Shown piece by piece: positions 27,167 to 37,410 of a stretch of DNA of 64,000 bases. Both the position numbers and the translations under genes were made by a program. Every line of letters begins with the position of its first letter. Positions within the stretch are counted from its first letter, which is position 1. Source of the DNA: Macrostomum lignano (taxonomy: Eukaryota); contig NIVC01001909.1 of assembly GCA_002269645.1 (NCBI GenBank), forward strand, positions 98,517 through 162,516, given 5' to 3'. The notes below the pieces were generated by a model, which was not told where the DNA came from, made no database searches, and saw only the letters and a program-made list of their open reading frames with translations.

Positions 27167-29693
27167 TTGTTGTTGTTAATTCCCGGCCGGGTTAATATCC
27201 GGGGGGCGGGTTTGCGCCCCTACCGCCTGGAGGAAGTGCAGTGCGCGCGGGCCGTCGTCGTGGAGGATGGCCAGCGTCGGGTTCTCGCCCAGAATTTGTC
27301 GTCTGGTCTCGGTCGTGGCGCGACATTCCAGGAGCAGGTGTTTGAGGTCCTCCGGGGCCTCCCCGCAGGCCGGGCAGGTGGCCTCCGGTTCCAGCCCGAT
27401 GCGGTGCCGATACTGTCGGAGTATCGGGCAGTGGCCAGAGCGTAGTTGGGCTAGCAGGACTCTGTCCTTACGGTTCATGGAGGTTTGCTGTTTGGGTCGT
27501 CGGCCGTTGATGCAGGTGCGGTGGGTGCTGCAGTGCTCGTTTGTCTCATACGATCGGATGAAGTCGTTGTGGGCCGTCGCCAGAATGGCAGAGCGTGTGC
27601 TGCGGTGATCCAGGGGTGCGTTGGTCTGATCAAGGGTGGCAGCAGCGCGGGCAGTGGCATCGGCTAGATCGTTGCGACGAAGGTCGCAGTGGCCCGGGAT
27701 CCATTGCAGGGTCACGTGATGGCCAGGCGGGAGGCGTCCCAAGATGCGCAGTATGTCGCGGCAGCAAGGGGAGAGCCGCGGGCTTGGGCCGCCTTTGAGG
27801 CAGAGGAGCAGGGCCTGGGAGTCGGTCGCGCAGCGCAGCTCGCGGTTTCCCGGCCACGGCAGTGCGTCAAAAGCTGCTTGGAGGCCGAGCCCAAACGCGC
27901 ATTCTTCCGCACGGAAGGACGAGGTCAGGCTCCCCGCCGGAGCTCTCAGAAAGCGCGTCGACGAACCGCGAATAGCTCCTGCTCCGCCGTTGGTGGTACC
28001 CCCTGCTGCCGACCCGTCCGTCCAGAGTTCCGGGTCAGCGGGGGGGGGAGCGACGTTAGGGTCTCCAGCGCCGCGGCCCTGCGAACATGCGGTGGGTCGT
28101 CGCGTGAGCACTTAACTATGAGGGCGTCTTGGATGTGAAAGCTGGTCGAGGATGACCACGGAGGCACCAGCTCGTTGTCGGTTTCGATTTGGAGCTCAGC
28201 TAGTCCGGCTCTGTGGGTCAGCTCTCTGGCACACCTGCGCCAACATCTGCGGAAGTTGCCGTTTCCGCCGTGAGCGCGGATGCGAGGAGTGACTTCTCTG
28301 TCGGCGATGTTGCGGAGCGGGGTGGCTTGGCGTTGGCGGAGCGTAGCGTCGCTGCCGCGGCCGCCGCACTGTGAGCCAGGGGTTGGAGTCCGGCTTCGAT
28401 AAGGAGCGCGGCTGTTGGCGTAGATTTGCAGCATCCTGAGATGACACGGGCAGCCTCGTTGTGGGCAGATTCCACCAGTTGTCTGCAGGCGTCCGACGCG
28501 AAGTTTAACCAGGCTGCCGCGCCGTGAAGAGCAGCCGACTCAGCGTAGGTTCTGTAGAGTTGCGACAGGAGCCCAGGGTCCTGGCCCCAGTCACGCCCGG
28601 CTAGGCAGCGGAGAGCGTTGGTCCTCTTTTGGAGGTTTTGTTTTTGTACCGACGCATGGTGCCGGAACGTGAGCTGGGAGTCGAGGTGCACGCCCAGGAG
28701 TCTTGGGTGAGGTTCGAACGGGGCCTGGACGTCGCCGAGCCTGATATTCGGTCTCGCTTTGCCATTTACCTCACGGGGATCGAGGGAGAAGAAGGAAACG
28801 ACCGACTTGGACTTGTTGAGGTCCACCTTCCAGGTTTGGGACCAGGTAACAAGCCAATCGGCCGCTCTCTGCAGTCTCGACTCGCACTCTTTGAGGTTGT
28901 GGCCTTGGGCGCCGAAGGTGGTGTCGTCGGCGTAACCGACCGCCAGGACGTCTTCGGGGGCGTCGTCGAGCAGGTCGTTGATGTACACGTCCCAGAGCGT
29001 CGGGGCGAGAACGGATCCTTGCGGTAGGCCCTCGGTGAAGATTCGGACGCGGCTGCGGACCCCGTCCCAGGGGACGAGGGCACGGCGGTCGTTGATGAAG
29101 TTTTTAATCCACCGGTTCATACACGTGGGCGTCCCTTTTCTGTTTAGCTTGGCAATTTGGGCTTTACGCCACACGCGCTCGTACGCTCTGGAGAAGTCAG
29201 CTAAGAGTAGGGCGGTCCGCTTCGCTGGTTTCTGAGCTTGGAAGCCGTCGAAGATGTATTGGGTGACCGCCGTAATCTGCTCCTCAGTGGAGCGGTTCCG
29301 GCGGAATCCAGCTTGGGCTGCATTTAGCAGTTTATTCTCTTCCAGATGAAAGGCGAGGCGTTCGTTAACGAGCCGCTCGGCGATTTTAGCAGTACAAGAG
29401 AGAAGGCAGATAGGGCGGAAACTCGCCGTGATGCTGTGATCTTTTCCGGGTTTGGGGATCGGTCGAATGTCGCCCAGACGCCACGCAGCCGGGACTTCAG
29501 CGGTACGCCAGGAGATGTTGATGGCAAGCAGCATCAGCTCCAGGCCTTGGGTTGGCAGATTTTTGGTGGTGGTGGGGCAACCCACTACCGGGCGCGCCTG
29601 GCGCGCCTCCCAATGCTGCCACCTTCTCGTGGTGGGACCGACTGGGCGCCCGCCCAGCAAAGTGCAGCAACACCCCGGACCCTGGGAAGAGTG
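27167..29693 (-). mobile_element. Second non-LTR retrotransposon (I/Ingi-like, RT-RNase H-CCHC), 5'-truncated
   Basis: Perfect 15-bp TSD CAGGAGGTTGAGCTG (27152-27166, 29694-29708). RT (GLPQGSVLAP, YADD), RNase H (WTDGS, SSFRAE, TDSQA, WIPGHC..NDLAD), CPACG..EDLKHLL. Stop TAA runs straight into a (CAA)3 tail. Two frameshifts (~28330 and a G8 run at ~28041). Clade assignment tentative. Confidence 0.88.
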
Positions 29694-31358
29694 CAGGAGG
29701 TTGAGCTGCCGGGCGCAGTCGGCGACTGTCCGGGAGTTCGTTGTGGTGTGGCAAAGGGCCTGTAAGGCCGCTTGGCTGTCGGAGTGGATGACAATAGTCT
29801 TTCCTCTCGTAACCTTGGCGTTCAGCTCTGCAGCGCAAGAGCTGATGGCAAGGACTTCGTTCTGGAAGACTGTGGAGAGTCTACCAGTGTGCTGGGCATG
29901 CGTGGCAATTACGCGGCCGTTGATGATGATGCAGACCCCAAAGCCGGCGCGACCGTCTTTGATGGATCCGTCCGTGTAGCAATGGACCTCCTGGAAATTC
30001 CAGTGGTCATTGGCAGCATCCCTAGAGGGGATGGTGACCTTGTAGCGCTGAAAGAGGTTGAGAGTGCGGGGTTCGCCGTCAGACAGGACGTGGAGCCCGC
30101 CGCTGTCTCTCAAGTCCTTGAGGCAGAGGTCAGCGTGGGGCAGAAGCTTGCGCTTAGCCATGGCCCTATGGGGCTGGATTCGAATGCCAGCGTCAGCTAG
30201 ACGGCGGGCAGTCTTAGCCGCTTCCCTGCGGACAAAGATTTCCAGCGGAGGAATGTTGAGGAAGGCGTTGAGGCCATCGTAAGGAGCAGACGGAGGGGCG
30301 CTCATGATCGTGCGACAAGCGCGCCCTTGCGCTCTCCTGAGAGCCTCTAGACAGGTCTTTATCTGCAGGGCGCTAGCCCAGATCAAGCCGCCATACGAGA
30401 TAGCGGGCCTAACCATTGCAGTGTAGATCCACCAGAGGCGCTTGGGGGTGAGCCCCCAGGTGGTGCCGACAGCCCTGCGCAATTGCGCGAGGACTGCGAA
30501 GGCCTTTTTGGCTTTTGTTTGAACGTGGGGTGACCAGTTCAGCCTGTGGTCCAGGGTAATACCCAGACATTTAGTCTGTTTGCAGAAGGGGATTTCCCTT
30601 CCGTAAAGCGTAAGCGGCCGAATCTGCCACTTGGTCCTGCTGGTGAACATGATCGCTGCGGTCTTAGTCTCAGAGAGCCTTAAACCACAGCGGTCCGCCC
30701 ATTGCTCAGCGGCGTAGATAAAGTTCTGAAGAAGGTCCCTGAGGGTATCAGGGGACGGACCAGATGCCACCGCGGTGACATCGTCCGCATATCCAACTTT
30801 CAGAATGGGGTAAGGCCGAACATCCCGGAGGAGCTCATCGATGACCATATTCCAGAGAACTGGAGACAGCACCCCACCTTGCGGGCTACCTTTGCAGACG
30901 GGGACCGTCCTCTGGTAGCCCAGCAGACTGGCGGTGGCCGTGCGATGGCTGATCATGTACATGATCCATCTGGTGAGATGTGAGTGCGTTTGCCTCTCAC
31001 AAAGAGCTCTTCGGAACGCCTCAAAGAGGACGTTATCGAAGGCGCCAATGATGTCCAGGAAGATCCCCAGAGCAAAGCCATTACCAAGCACGGCCTTCTC
31101 GAGTTTATCGACCAGGACGTGCAGCGCGCTTTCAGTGTAGCGACCCGCCCGAAAAGCGTGCTGGTTCTCGCTGAGAGGTTTGTTCTTCAGCTCAACAGAG
31201 AGAAGGCGCCAAAGCACCAGTCTCTCCATCAGCTTGACCAGGGAGGAGGTCAAGCTGATCGGTCTGAAGGATTTGATAGAATGGTAGTCCGGGCGGCCTG
31301 GCTTAGGGATAAAGATCACCTTTGCCTCGGTCCATGCCTGTGGGACATAACCAAGCGT
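29694..31358 (-). CDS. Host LINE ORF2 segment 2: reverse transcriptase and most of RNase H
   Basis: 555 open codons (TLGYVPQAWTEAKVIFIPKPG...YADD...YTDGS...QLNLL). Confidence 0.92.
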
Positions 31359-31666
31359 GATGCTGTTGTGTCGTGACTAGGAGCCCGTAAAAGGGCCGTT
31401 CGTCTAACTAACCTTTTCTTACTTTTTCTTACTACTCTACTTTAAGTAGTGCAGTTAATAAATTATTCGTATATTGTATTGTGAAACGTATTTTTAATCA
31501 CGTGACATTTTGGCGGTTGAATTTATCGATCGTGTAACAATTTACTGCTAAATATCAAATATAAGCGCGGGTTGCCCTAAGTGGAGCTCGTACCCTTTTT
31601 TTCCGGCAAAAAGTCTTACCTGCCACGTACTCGTGTTTCCTGTGTTAGTCTGTTGAGACACCACAT

Positions 31667-31680
31667 TGGCGACGAGGATG
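31667..31680 (+). promoter_or_regulatory. Primer-binding site TGGCGACGAGGATG
   Basis: 1 nt after the 5' LTR. Complementary to the 3' end of animal tRNA-Ser(GCU) as I recall it (...CATCCTCGTCGCCA). Its last 3 nt are the gag ATG. Confidence 0.75.
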
Positions 31681-34600
31681 AGCGGACCCAGCCTTCCAGC
31701 ACCAGCGCCTTTCCTTCCCGTGAGCGGCCAACCGGCAGTACCGTGGCCAAGATGGCTGGACGCGTTCGAATTCTTCTACACGGCATCCCAGTTTCGGGAG
31801 CCGGAGGGGCAATCCGAGGCAGAACCCACAAAGAGGAATGTGCTACTCCACCTGCTCGGATTCGAAGGCCAGCGCATTGCCAAGGCGAGGCAAGCACTCA
31901 CGGAGGGAGATTCCTTCAAGGAGACGAAGGCAAAGCTGGACGGGATCTTCGGAGAGAAGCCCAACGTGATGGTGGCTCGCTTCCGATTCCGCCAACGACA
32001 CCAGCTGCCCGGCGAAGACGCGGAGTCGTTCGTGGCCGCGCTCAGGGAGCTGGCCGAGCCCTGCGAGTACGGAAATCTCCGAGACCAGCTCATCAGAGAC
32101 CAACTGGCAGAGAAGACTGGCAGCGCTCGCATCCGGGAGCGACTGCTGAGGGAAGACGCGGCTACTCTCACGCTGGAGAGGGCCCTCGCCATCGCCGTCA
32201 CCATCGAGAAGGCGTCAAAGGGCTGTCAGGCTCTGATGGGCACAGCGGAGCCCGTGCACGCGGTCCGGCAGGCGCAGAAGCCAAAGGCGAAGTGGAGTGG
32301 CGCGGCGAAGCCAGCTAAGAAAGGCCAGCAAAGTCGACCCGCCGCCAAGGCCTGCTCTCGCTGCGGACGCAGTCACGGCGACGGCAACTGCCCAGCGAAG
32401 GGGCAGTCCTGCAACAACTGCGGCAAGATGAACCATTTCAGCCGTTGCTGCCGGAGCAAGGCGCTCCAAGTGACCGGCCAGGCTCAGGACGGCCCGGACG
32501 AGGCGGTCACTATATACGCCGTGCAGGGAGACGGTGAGATCCGTGCGCAGCTGCGGCTCGGACAAGCAGAGGTGCCGGTCAATACTCTAATCGACTGCGG
32601 CGCCAAGGTGTCACTGTTGAACGCCGACACGGCCGCGCTCCTGACCGACGTGCTACCTCAGCCGACAACGATGAAGCTGCGCGCATACGGCGGCAAGCTG
32701 ATCGATCTCGTGGGCCAAGCGGCGGTTCCCGTTAAGCACAACAACCGGTCGCTACAACACCTATTCTACATCGCGAAGCACGGCGACAACATCGCAGGTC
32801 GAGACCTCATGGATAAGCTCGGTTTCCATGTGAGCCTCTCTGAGGACGTCAGCGAGGTGAACAGCGTCGCGGAGCAGCTGGAGGCGCGGTTCCCAGCGGC
32901 CTTTAGCGAGCAGATCGGCTGCTGCAGCGGAGCCGTGCACAAGCCCGTCATCGACCCCTCCGTGCCGCCAGTGCGCCAGCCTCTGCGTCGTCTACCGCTG
33001 GCCAAGCAGCAGCTGGTGGAGGCTGAGCTCGACAAACTGGAGGCGGCTGGCATCATCGAGCGAGTCGACTCGAGTCGCTGGGTGTCAAACCTGGTGACCA
33101 CCACCAAAAAGGACGGCAGCATCAGGGTCTGCGTCGATTTCCGGGAGCCCAACAAGGCGGTGATATGCGACCAACACCCGATGCCCCAGCTGGACGACAT
33201 CGCTGCCAAGATCAAGGGGGCCAAAGGACAGATCTTCAGCAAGGTGGACCTGAAGGCCGGCTACATGCAGATGGAGCTGCATGAGTCTTCGCGCGACCTG
33301 ACAGCCTTCATCACGCACAAGGGCCTATACAGGTACTGCCGAGTGCCGTTCGGTTTGACGTCAGCGCCTGCGGCGTTCCAGCGCATGCTCGACGATCTGG
33401 TGGCCGACCTGGACGGCGTGGAGCACATCCTCGACGATTTCATCATCTTCGGTGCCACCACGACGGAGCACGACCGCTGTTTGGAGGCTCTACTGCGGCG
33501 ACTCAGTGACAGGGGCTTGACAGTGAACAAGCAGAAATGTGAGTTCCGACAGCCGCAGATAGAATTCTTCGGCTTCCTAGTTTCCGGCGACGGGTTCCGT
33601 GTTGGCGATTCGCGTACGCGTGCTTTCGAAGAGATCCGGGCTCCGACCTCCCAGAAGGAGCTGCAGTCGTTCCTGGGCGCCGCCAACTTCCTCAGGCGTT
33701 TCATCCCGCACTTCTCGGACATCACGGAGCCGCTGCGCAAGCTGCTTAAGGCCGACGCGGAGTTCAGCTGGTCCGAAGAGTGCCAGCAGTCTTTCGACGC
33801 GCTGAAGCAGGCGGTCAGCAGCCCGCCAGTTTTGGCTTTGTTCGACCCCGCAGCCGTCACGATTGTCACTACGGACGCCAGCTCAGTCGCCCTGGGCGCC
33901 CAGCTGTCCCAGCTGCAGGACGGCGTCGAGCGGCCGATCGCCTTCGCCGCCCGAGCGCTCACAGAGACCGAGCGGCGCTACGCAGCCAACGAACGAGAAG
34001 CCCTGGCGTGTCTCTGGGCCATGGAAAAGTGGCATTTCTTCCTGTACGGGAGGCACTTTGAGCTCAGAACGGATCATCAGTCTCTGCGGCAGCTGCTGAT
34101 GGGACCCAGCGGCACCGGGCACCGGCCGCTCCGCATCCACAGGTGGTGCGACAGGTTCCAACAGTATGACTTCCACGTCCGCTATCTACCCGGCGAGAGC
34201 AACTGCATGGCCGACCTCCTGTCCCGGTGGAGCAACGGCTCCGACATGAACTTCGTCCAGCTGCCCGACACCGCGATGCCCAGGGTGCCCGCGTTGTCAC
34301 TGTCCGAGCTGGCGGAGGCGACGACCAAGGACGAGACGCTGCGACGGGTGCGGCAACACGTATTGAACGGCGACTGGCCCAGGCGCACCGCGGACTCTGA
34401 ACTCAAGCCGTACCTGCTGGCGCGACAACACCTAAGCGTCTGGCACGACGCTTCCTGCCTGGCGTTTCAGGAGCGAGCCGTCATTCCGGCGGAGCTGAGG
34501 CGCGGCGTCTTGGAACAGGCGCACACCGGACACCCAGGCGTGGTGCGCACAAAACAGATCCTGCGAGAGTCCGTCTGGTGGCCGCGACTCGACGCTGATG

Positions 34601-35634
34601 TCGAAACCTTCATCAGGGGCTGCGGCGCGTGTGAGACGGCGGAGAAGAACTTCAAGCTGCACCCAGCGCCGCTGCAGCCGATCGAGTGGCCCGCGGGTCC
34701 GTGGGAGGAGATCGCCGTCGACATCGTCGGTGAACTGCACGAAGCGCCGCAATCGTCCCGGTTCCTGCTGGTGGTTACGGACCTGCATAGCAAGTGGCCG
34801 GAGGTCTTCGCCACGGCTAGCATCACAACCGAAACCGTCTGCAAGGTGATGCGGTCCCTGTTCGCTCGCTGGGGTCTCTGCAAGAAGGTCATCAGCGACA
34901 ACGGCCCGCAGTTCGGCGCGGCCTTCACAGAGTTCCTGCGAGCTCGGGGTATCCAACACCGCAAGAGCAGCCTCTACCACCCGAGCACGAACGGCCAGAC
35001 TGAGCGGCTCAACCGGACGCTGCTTTCCAGCATTCGTGCGGCCAAGGCAGACTGCACGCCGCTGTCCGACGCCATCACCCAGTTCCTGGAGGTCTACAGG
35101 AGCACGCCGCACAGCCTGACGGGCAGGAGCCCCGCCGAGCTCATGCTAGGGCGATCGATGCGGACGATGCTGACTGCCCTGGCGCCGCCCAAAGACATCA
35201 ATGAGACGGACGAGGGACGGCGACTGCGCGAGACCATCTACGACCGGCAACAGCGGACAAAGCGCTACACGGACCTACGCCGCCGGGCGCGAGTCAGCGA
35301 CCTCCGACCAGGCGATTGGGTCCGAGTGCGGCGGCCCATCAAGAAGGGCAAGCTGGCCACGAGACTGTCCGGCCCGCTACAGATCATGACCAAGGCCGGC
35401 GCCGCGTACCGGCTGAGCGACGGCACAACCTGGAATCAACAGGCGTTGGTCCCCACAAGCGCTAGGGCCTACGGCGACCAGGACGCCGAGCTCGACCCGC
35501 TGGTGCATGGCGAACTCGGCGGTGACAGCGATGCGGCGGCGACGGCGCAGCCGGCGGGGCTTCCCGGCGAAGTTCGACCAAGGCGCTCGGCCAGGGCCCG
35601 ACGACCTCCGGAGCGGTACCAAGCGGGACTGTGA
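31678..35634 (+). CDS. Gypsy gag-pol polyprotein (gag, 2 Zn knuckles, protease, RT, RNase H, integrase)
   Basis: Single uninterrupted ORF: CSRCGRSH..C and CNNCGKMNH..C knuckles, LIDCGA protease, RVCVDFR/VPFGL/ILDD RT, TDAS RNase H, H..H..C..C and DDE integrase (SDNGPQF, GQTERLN). Confidence 0.95.
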   Translation: MSGPSLPAPAPFLPVSGQPAVPWPRWLDAFEFFYTASQFREPEGQSEAEPTKRNVLLHLLGFEGQRIAKARQALTEGDSFKETKAKLDGIFGEKPNVMVARFRFRQRHQLPGEDAESFVAALRELAEPCEYGNLRDQLIRDQLAEKTGSARIRERLLREDAATLTLERALAIAVTIEKASKGCQALMGTAEPVHAVRQAQKPKAKWSGAAKPAKKGQQSRPAAKACSRCGRSHGDGNCPAKGQSCNNCGKMNHFSRCCRSKALQVTGQAQDGPDEAVTIYAVQGDGEIRAQLRLGQAEVPVNTLIDCGAKVSLLNADTAALLTDVLPQPTTMKLRAYGGKLIDLVGQAAVPVKHNNRSLQHLFYIAKHGDNIAGRDLMDKLGFHVSLSEDVSEVNSVAEQLEARFPAAFSEQIGCCSGAVHKPVIDPSVPPVRQPLRRLPLAKQQLVEAELDKLEAAGIIERVDSSRWVSNLVTTTKKDGSIRVCVDFREPNKAVICDQHPMPQLDDIAAKIKGAKGQIFSKVDLKAGYMQMELHESSRDLTAFITHKGLYRYCRVPFGLTSAPAAFQRMLDDLVADLDGVEHILDDFIIFGATTTEHDRCLEALLRRLSDRGLTVNKQKCEFRQPQIEFFGFLVSGDGFRVGDSRTRAFEEIRAPTSQKELQSFLGAANFLRRFIPHFSDITEPLRKLLKADAEFSWSEECQQSFDALKQAVSSPPVLALFDPAAVTIVTTDASSVALGAQLSQLQDGVERPIAFAARALTETERRYAANEREALACLWAMEKWHFFLYGRHFELRTDHQSLRQLLMGPSGTGHRPLRIHRWCDRFQQYDFHVRYLPGESNCMADLLSRWSNGSDMNFVQLPDTAMPRVPALSLSELAEATTKDETLRRVRQHVLNGDWPRRTADSELKPYLLARQHLSVWHDASCLAFQERAVIPAELRRGVLEQAHTGHPGVVRTKQILRESVWWPRLDADVETFIRGCGACETAEKNFKLHPAPLQPIEWPAGPWEEIAVDIVGELHEAPQSSRFLLVVTDLHSKWPEVFATASITTETVCKVMRSLFARWGLCKKVISDNGPQFGAAFTEFLRARGIQHRKSSLYHPSTNGQTERLNRTLLSSIRAAKADCTPLSDAITQFLEVYRSTPHSLTGRSPAELMLGRSMRTMLTALAPPKDINETDEGRRLRETIYDRQQRTKRYTDLRRRARVSDLRPGDWVRVRRPIKKGKLATRLSGPLQIMTKAGAAYRLSDGTTWNQQALVPTSARAYGDQDAELDPLVHGELGGDSDAAATAQPAGLPGEVRPRRSARARRPPERYQAGL

Positions 35635-35962
35635 TGTCCGTGCTCTCGGGAGGGGGGAAAATGTTGTGTCGTGACTAGGAGCCCGTAAAAGGGCCGTTCG
35701 TCTAACTAACCTTTTCTTACTTTTTCTTACTACTCTACTTTAAGTAGTGCAGTTAATAAATTATTCGTATATTGTATTGTGAAACGTATTTTTAATCACG
35801 TGACATTTTGGCGGTTGAATTTATCGATCGTGTAACAATTTACTGTTAAATATCAAATATAAGCGCGGGTTGCCCTAAGTGGAGCTCGTACCCTTTTTTC
35901 CGGCAAAAAGTCTTACCTGCCACGTACTCGTGTTTCCTGTGTTAGTCTGTTGAGACACCACA

Positions 35963-37408
35963 GATGCATGCCCGAAGAAGGCTGCAAAGTTTGCGCAGGA
36001 AGCCTGGGCATTTAACCGCCTCTCTTAGGAGGGCCGGTACAATGCCGTCGGGTCCTGGGGCTTTGAAAGGCTTGAAGGAATTTGCCGCTTTCACAATGCG
36101 GTCCTCCGTGATGATAGAGGCAGCCAGCGCGTGACCTCCCTCCGAGTGATCCGGAGTGGTCTGGTTAGCTGGCTCGTTGGGGAAAAACGCAGTGAGCATT
36201 ACATCAAGCGTTTCTCCTGGGTTGTCCGTGGACGTACCGTCGGTGCGTTTGACCGAGGAGAGCTTAGACATTTTGTCCAGCGTGAGCGCTTTCACAACTC
36301 TGGAGGTGGGGCGTGAGCTCTCTAGCTCCTCACAGTATTGTCGCCATTTTTGAGCCTTTGCATTCCTAACCTGCCTTTTAAACTCATGGATTGCTTCATG
36401 ATAGGCGGTTTGGTCTGCAGGGCTCTTAGTTTTAGTTGCTCTGCGGTGGAGTCTCTTAGCCCTGCGACGGAGGTTGCCGAGCTCGGGATTCCACCACGGC
36501 GCCGATTTTTTCCCTTTATAGGCTTTTAAAGGGCAGGACGCCTCAAAGGCGGCGGTTAGCGTCTCTGTCAAAACAGTCGCGCACTCATCCGCCTCTCGGC
36601 ACGACGTGATCGTGGATGGTTGGCCAGGAGACCGATGGAATTCCTTCAGGGCGAGCCCGAAGGTTTCCCAATCAGTATTTCTGGCGTTCCGTCTCCATGT
36701 AACACGAGTTGCGCTACGCGCGGCCATTAGGTTGAAGGAGATGAACTTGTGATCCGAGAGTGAGGACACTGGAAGCACCCGCCACGCCCCAATACTCTGG
36801 TAGAGTCTGGGCGTTGCGAGCGTAGCGTCGATCACCTCCGACCACCGTCCGTTGTCAAAGGTAGGGGTGGACCCAGAGTTGCAGAACTCGAGGGTCGTAG
36901 AGGCAACGTAGGCTAGGAGGTCTTCGCCTCTCTGATTAATGCCAGTGCTGCCCCAGTGAGTGTGGTGGGCGTTGATGTCGCCGGCAACCATGAGCTCGTA
37001 GTTTTTGGCAGAGCAGAGCTCTACCAGCGTAGCGAGGGCTCTGGGGACGACCGCAGCATCGCCTGGTAGGTAAACCGAGGCAATGAGGGTGGTCTTCCCA
37101 GGAAGAAGGTCCTCGGATTGGATGACGCAGATGTCCCTGGTGGACAGGTCCGATCTGAGCCACGCACTGAGCGTTTTGCTCGCAAAGATGCAAGCTCTGG
37201 GAGGCTGGTTGGCCTCGCGAGGGTAAGTATAAAAACAATTGTAGCCAGCAGGGGCGTTTTGAGGCGGCTTACCTCTGAGAGTCCAGGGTTCCTGGACGAG
37301 GATGAGCCCCGGCTTGTCGAGCTCGGCGTAACGCATTAGGTTGACCGAGGCTGCGACGCAGTGCTGCAGATTAATCTGCAGGCAATGGATTCCCTGGTTG
37401 CTGATCAT
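35963..37408 (-). CDS. Host LINE ORF2 segment 1: AP endonuclease and pre-RT linker
   Basis: 482 codons. APE motifs (LVQEPW, AGDINAHH..WGS, TPTF, SDHKFI) and KAPGPDGI. Broken by the gypsy element at RACI|TLGYVP. Confidence 0.9.
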
Positions 37409-37410
37409 TA

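Larger units (their letters stand above)
31364..35962 (+). mobile_element. Full-length Ty3/gypsy LTR retrotransposon (Mag-like)
   Basis: LTRs 31364-31665 and 35662-35962 (TG...CA) differ by one substitution and one T in a homopolymer. 5-bp TSD GATGC (31359-31363, 35963-35967). PBS 31667-31680, PPT ~35648-35661. Confidence 0.97.

Noticed and set aside
32215-35622. Many 60-230 aa ORFs overlapping the gypsy and LINE ORFs
   Set aside because: Antisense or alternate-frame shadows of GC-rich coding sequence with no recognisable motifs.
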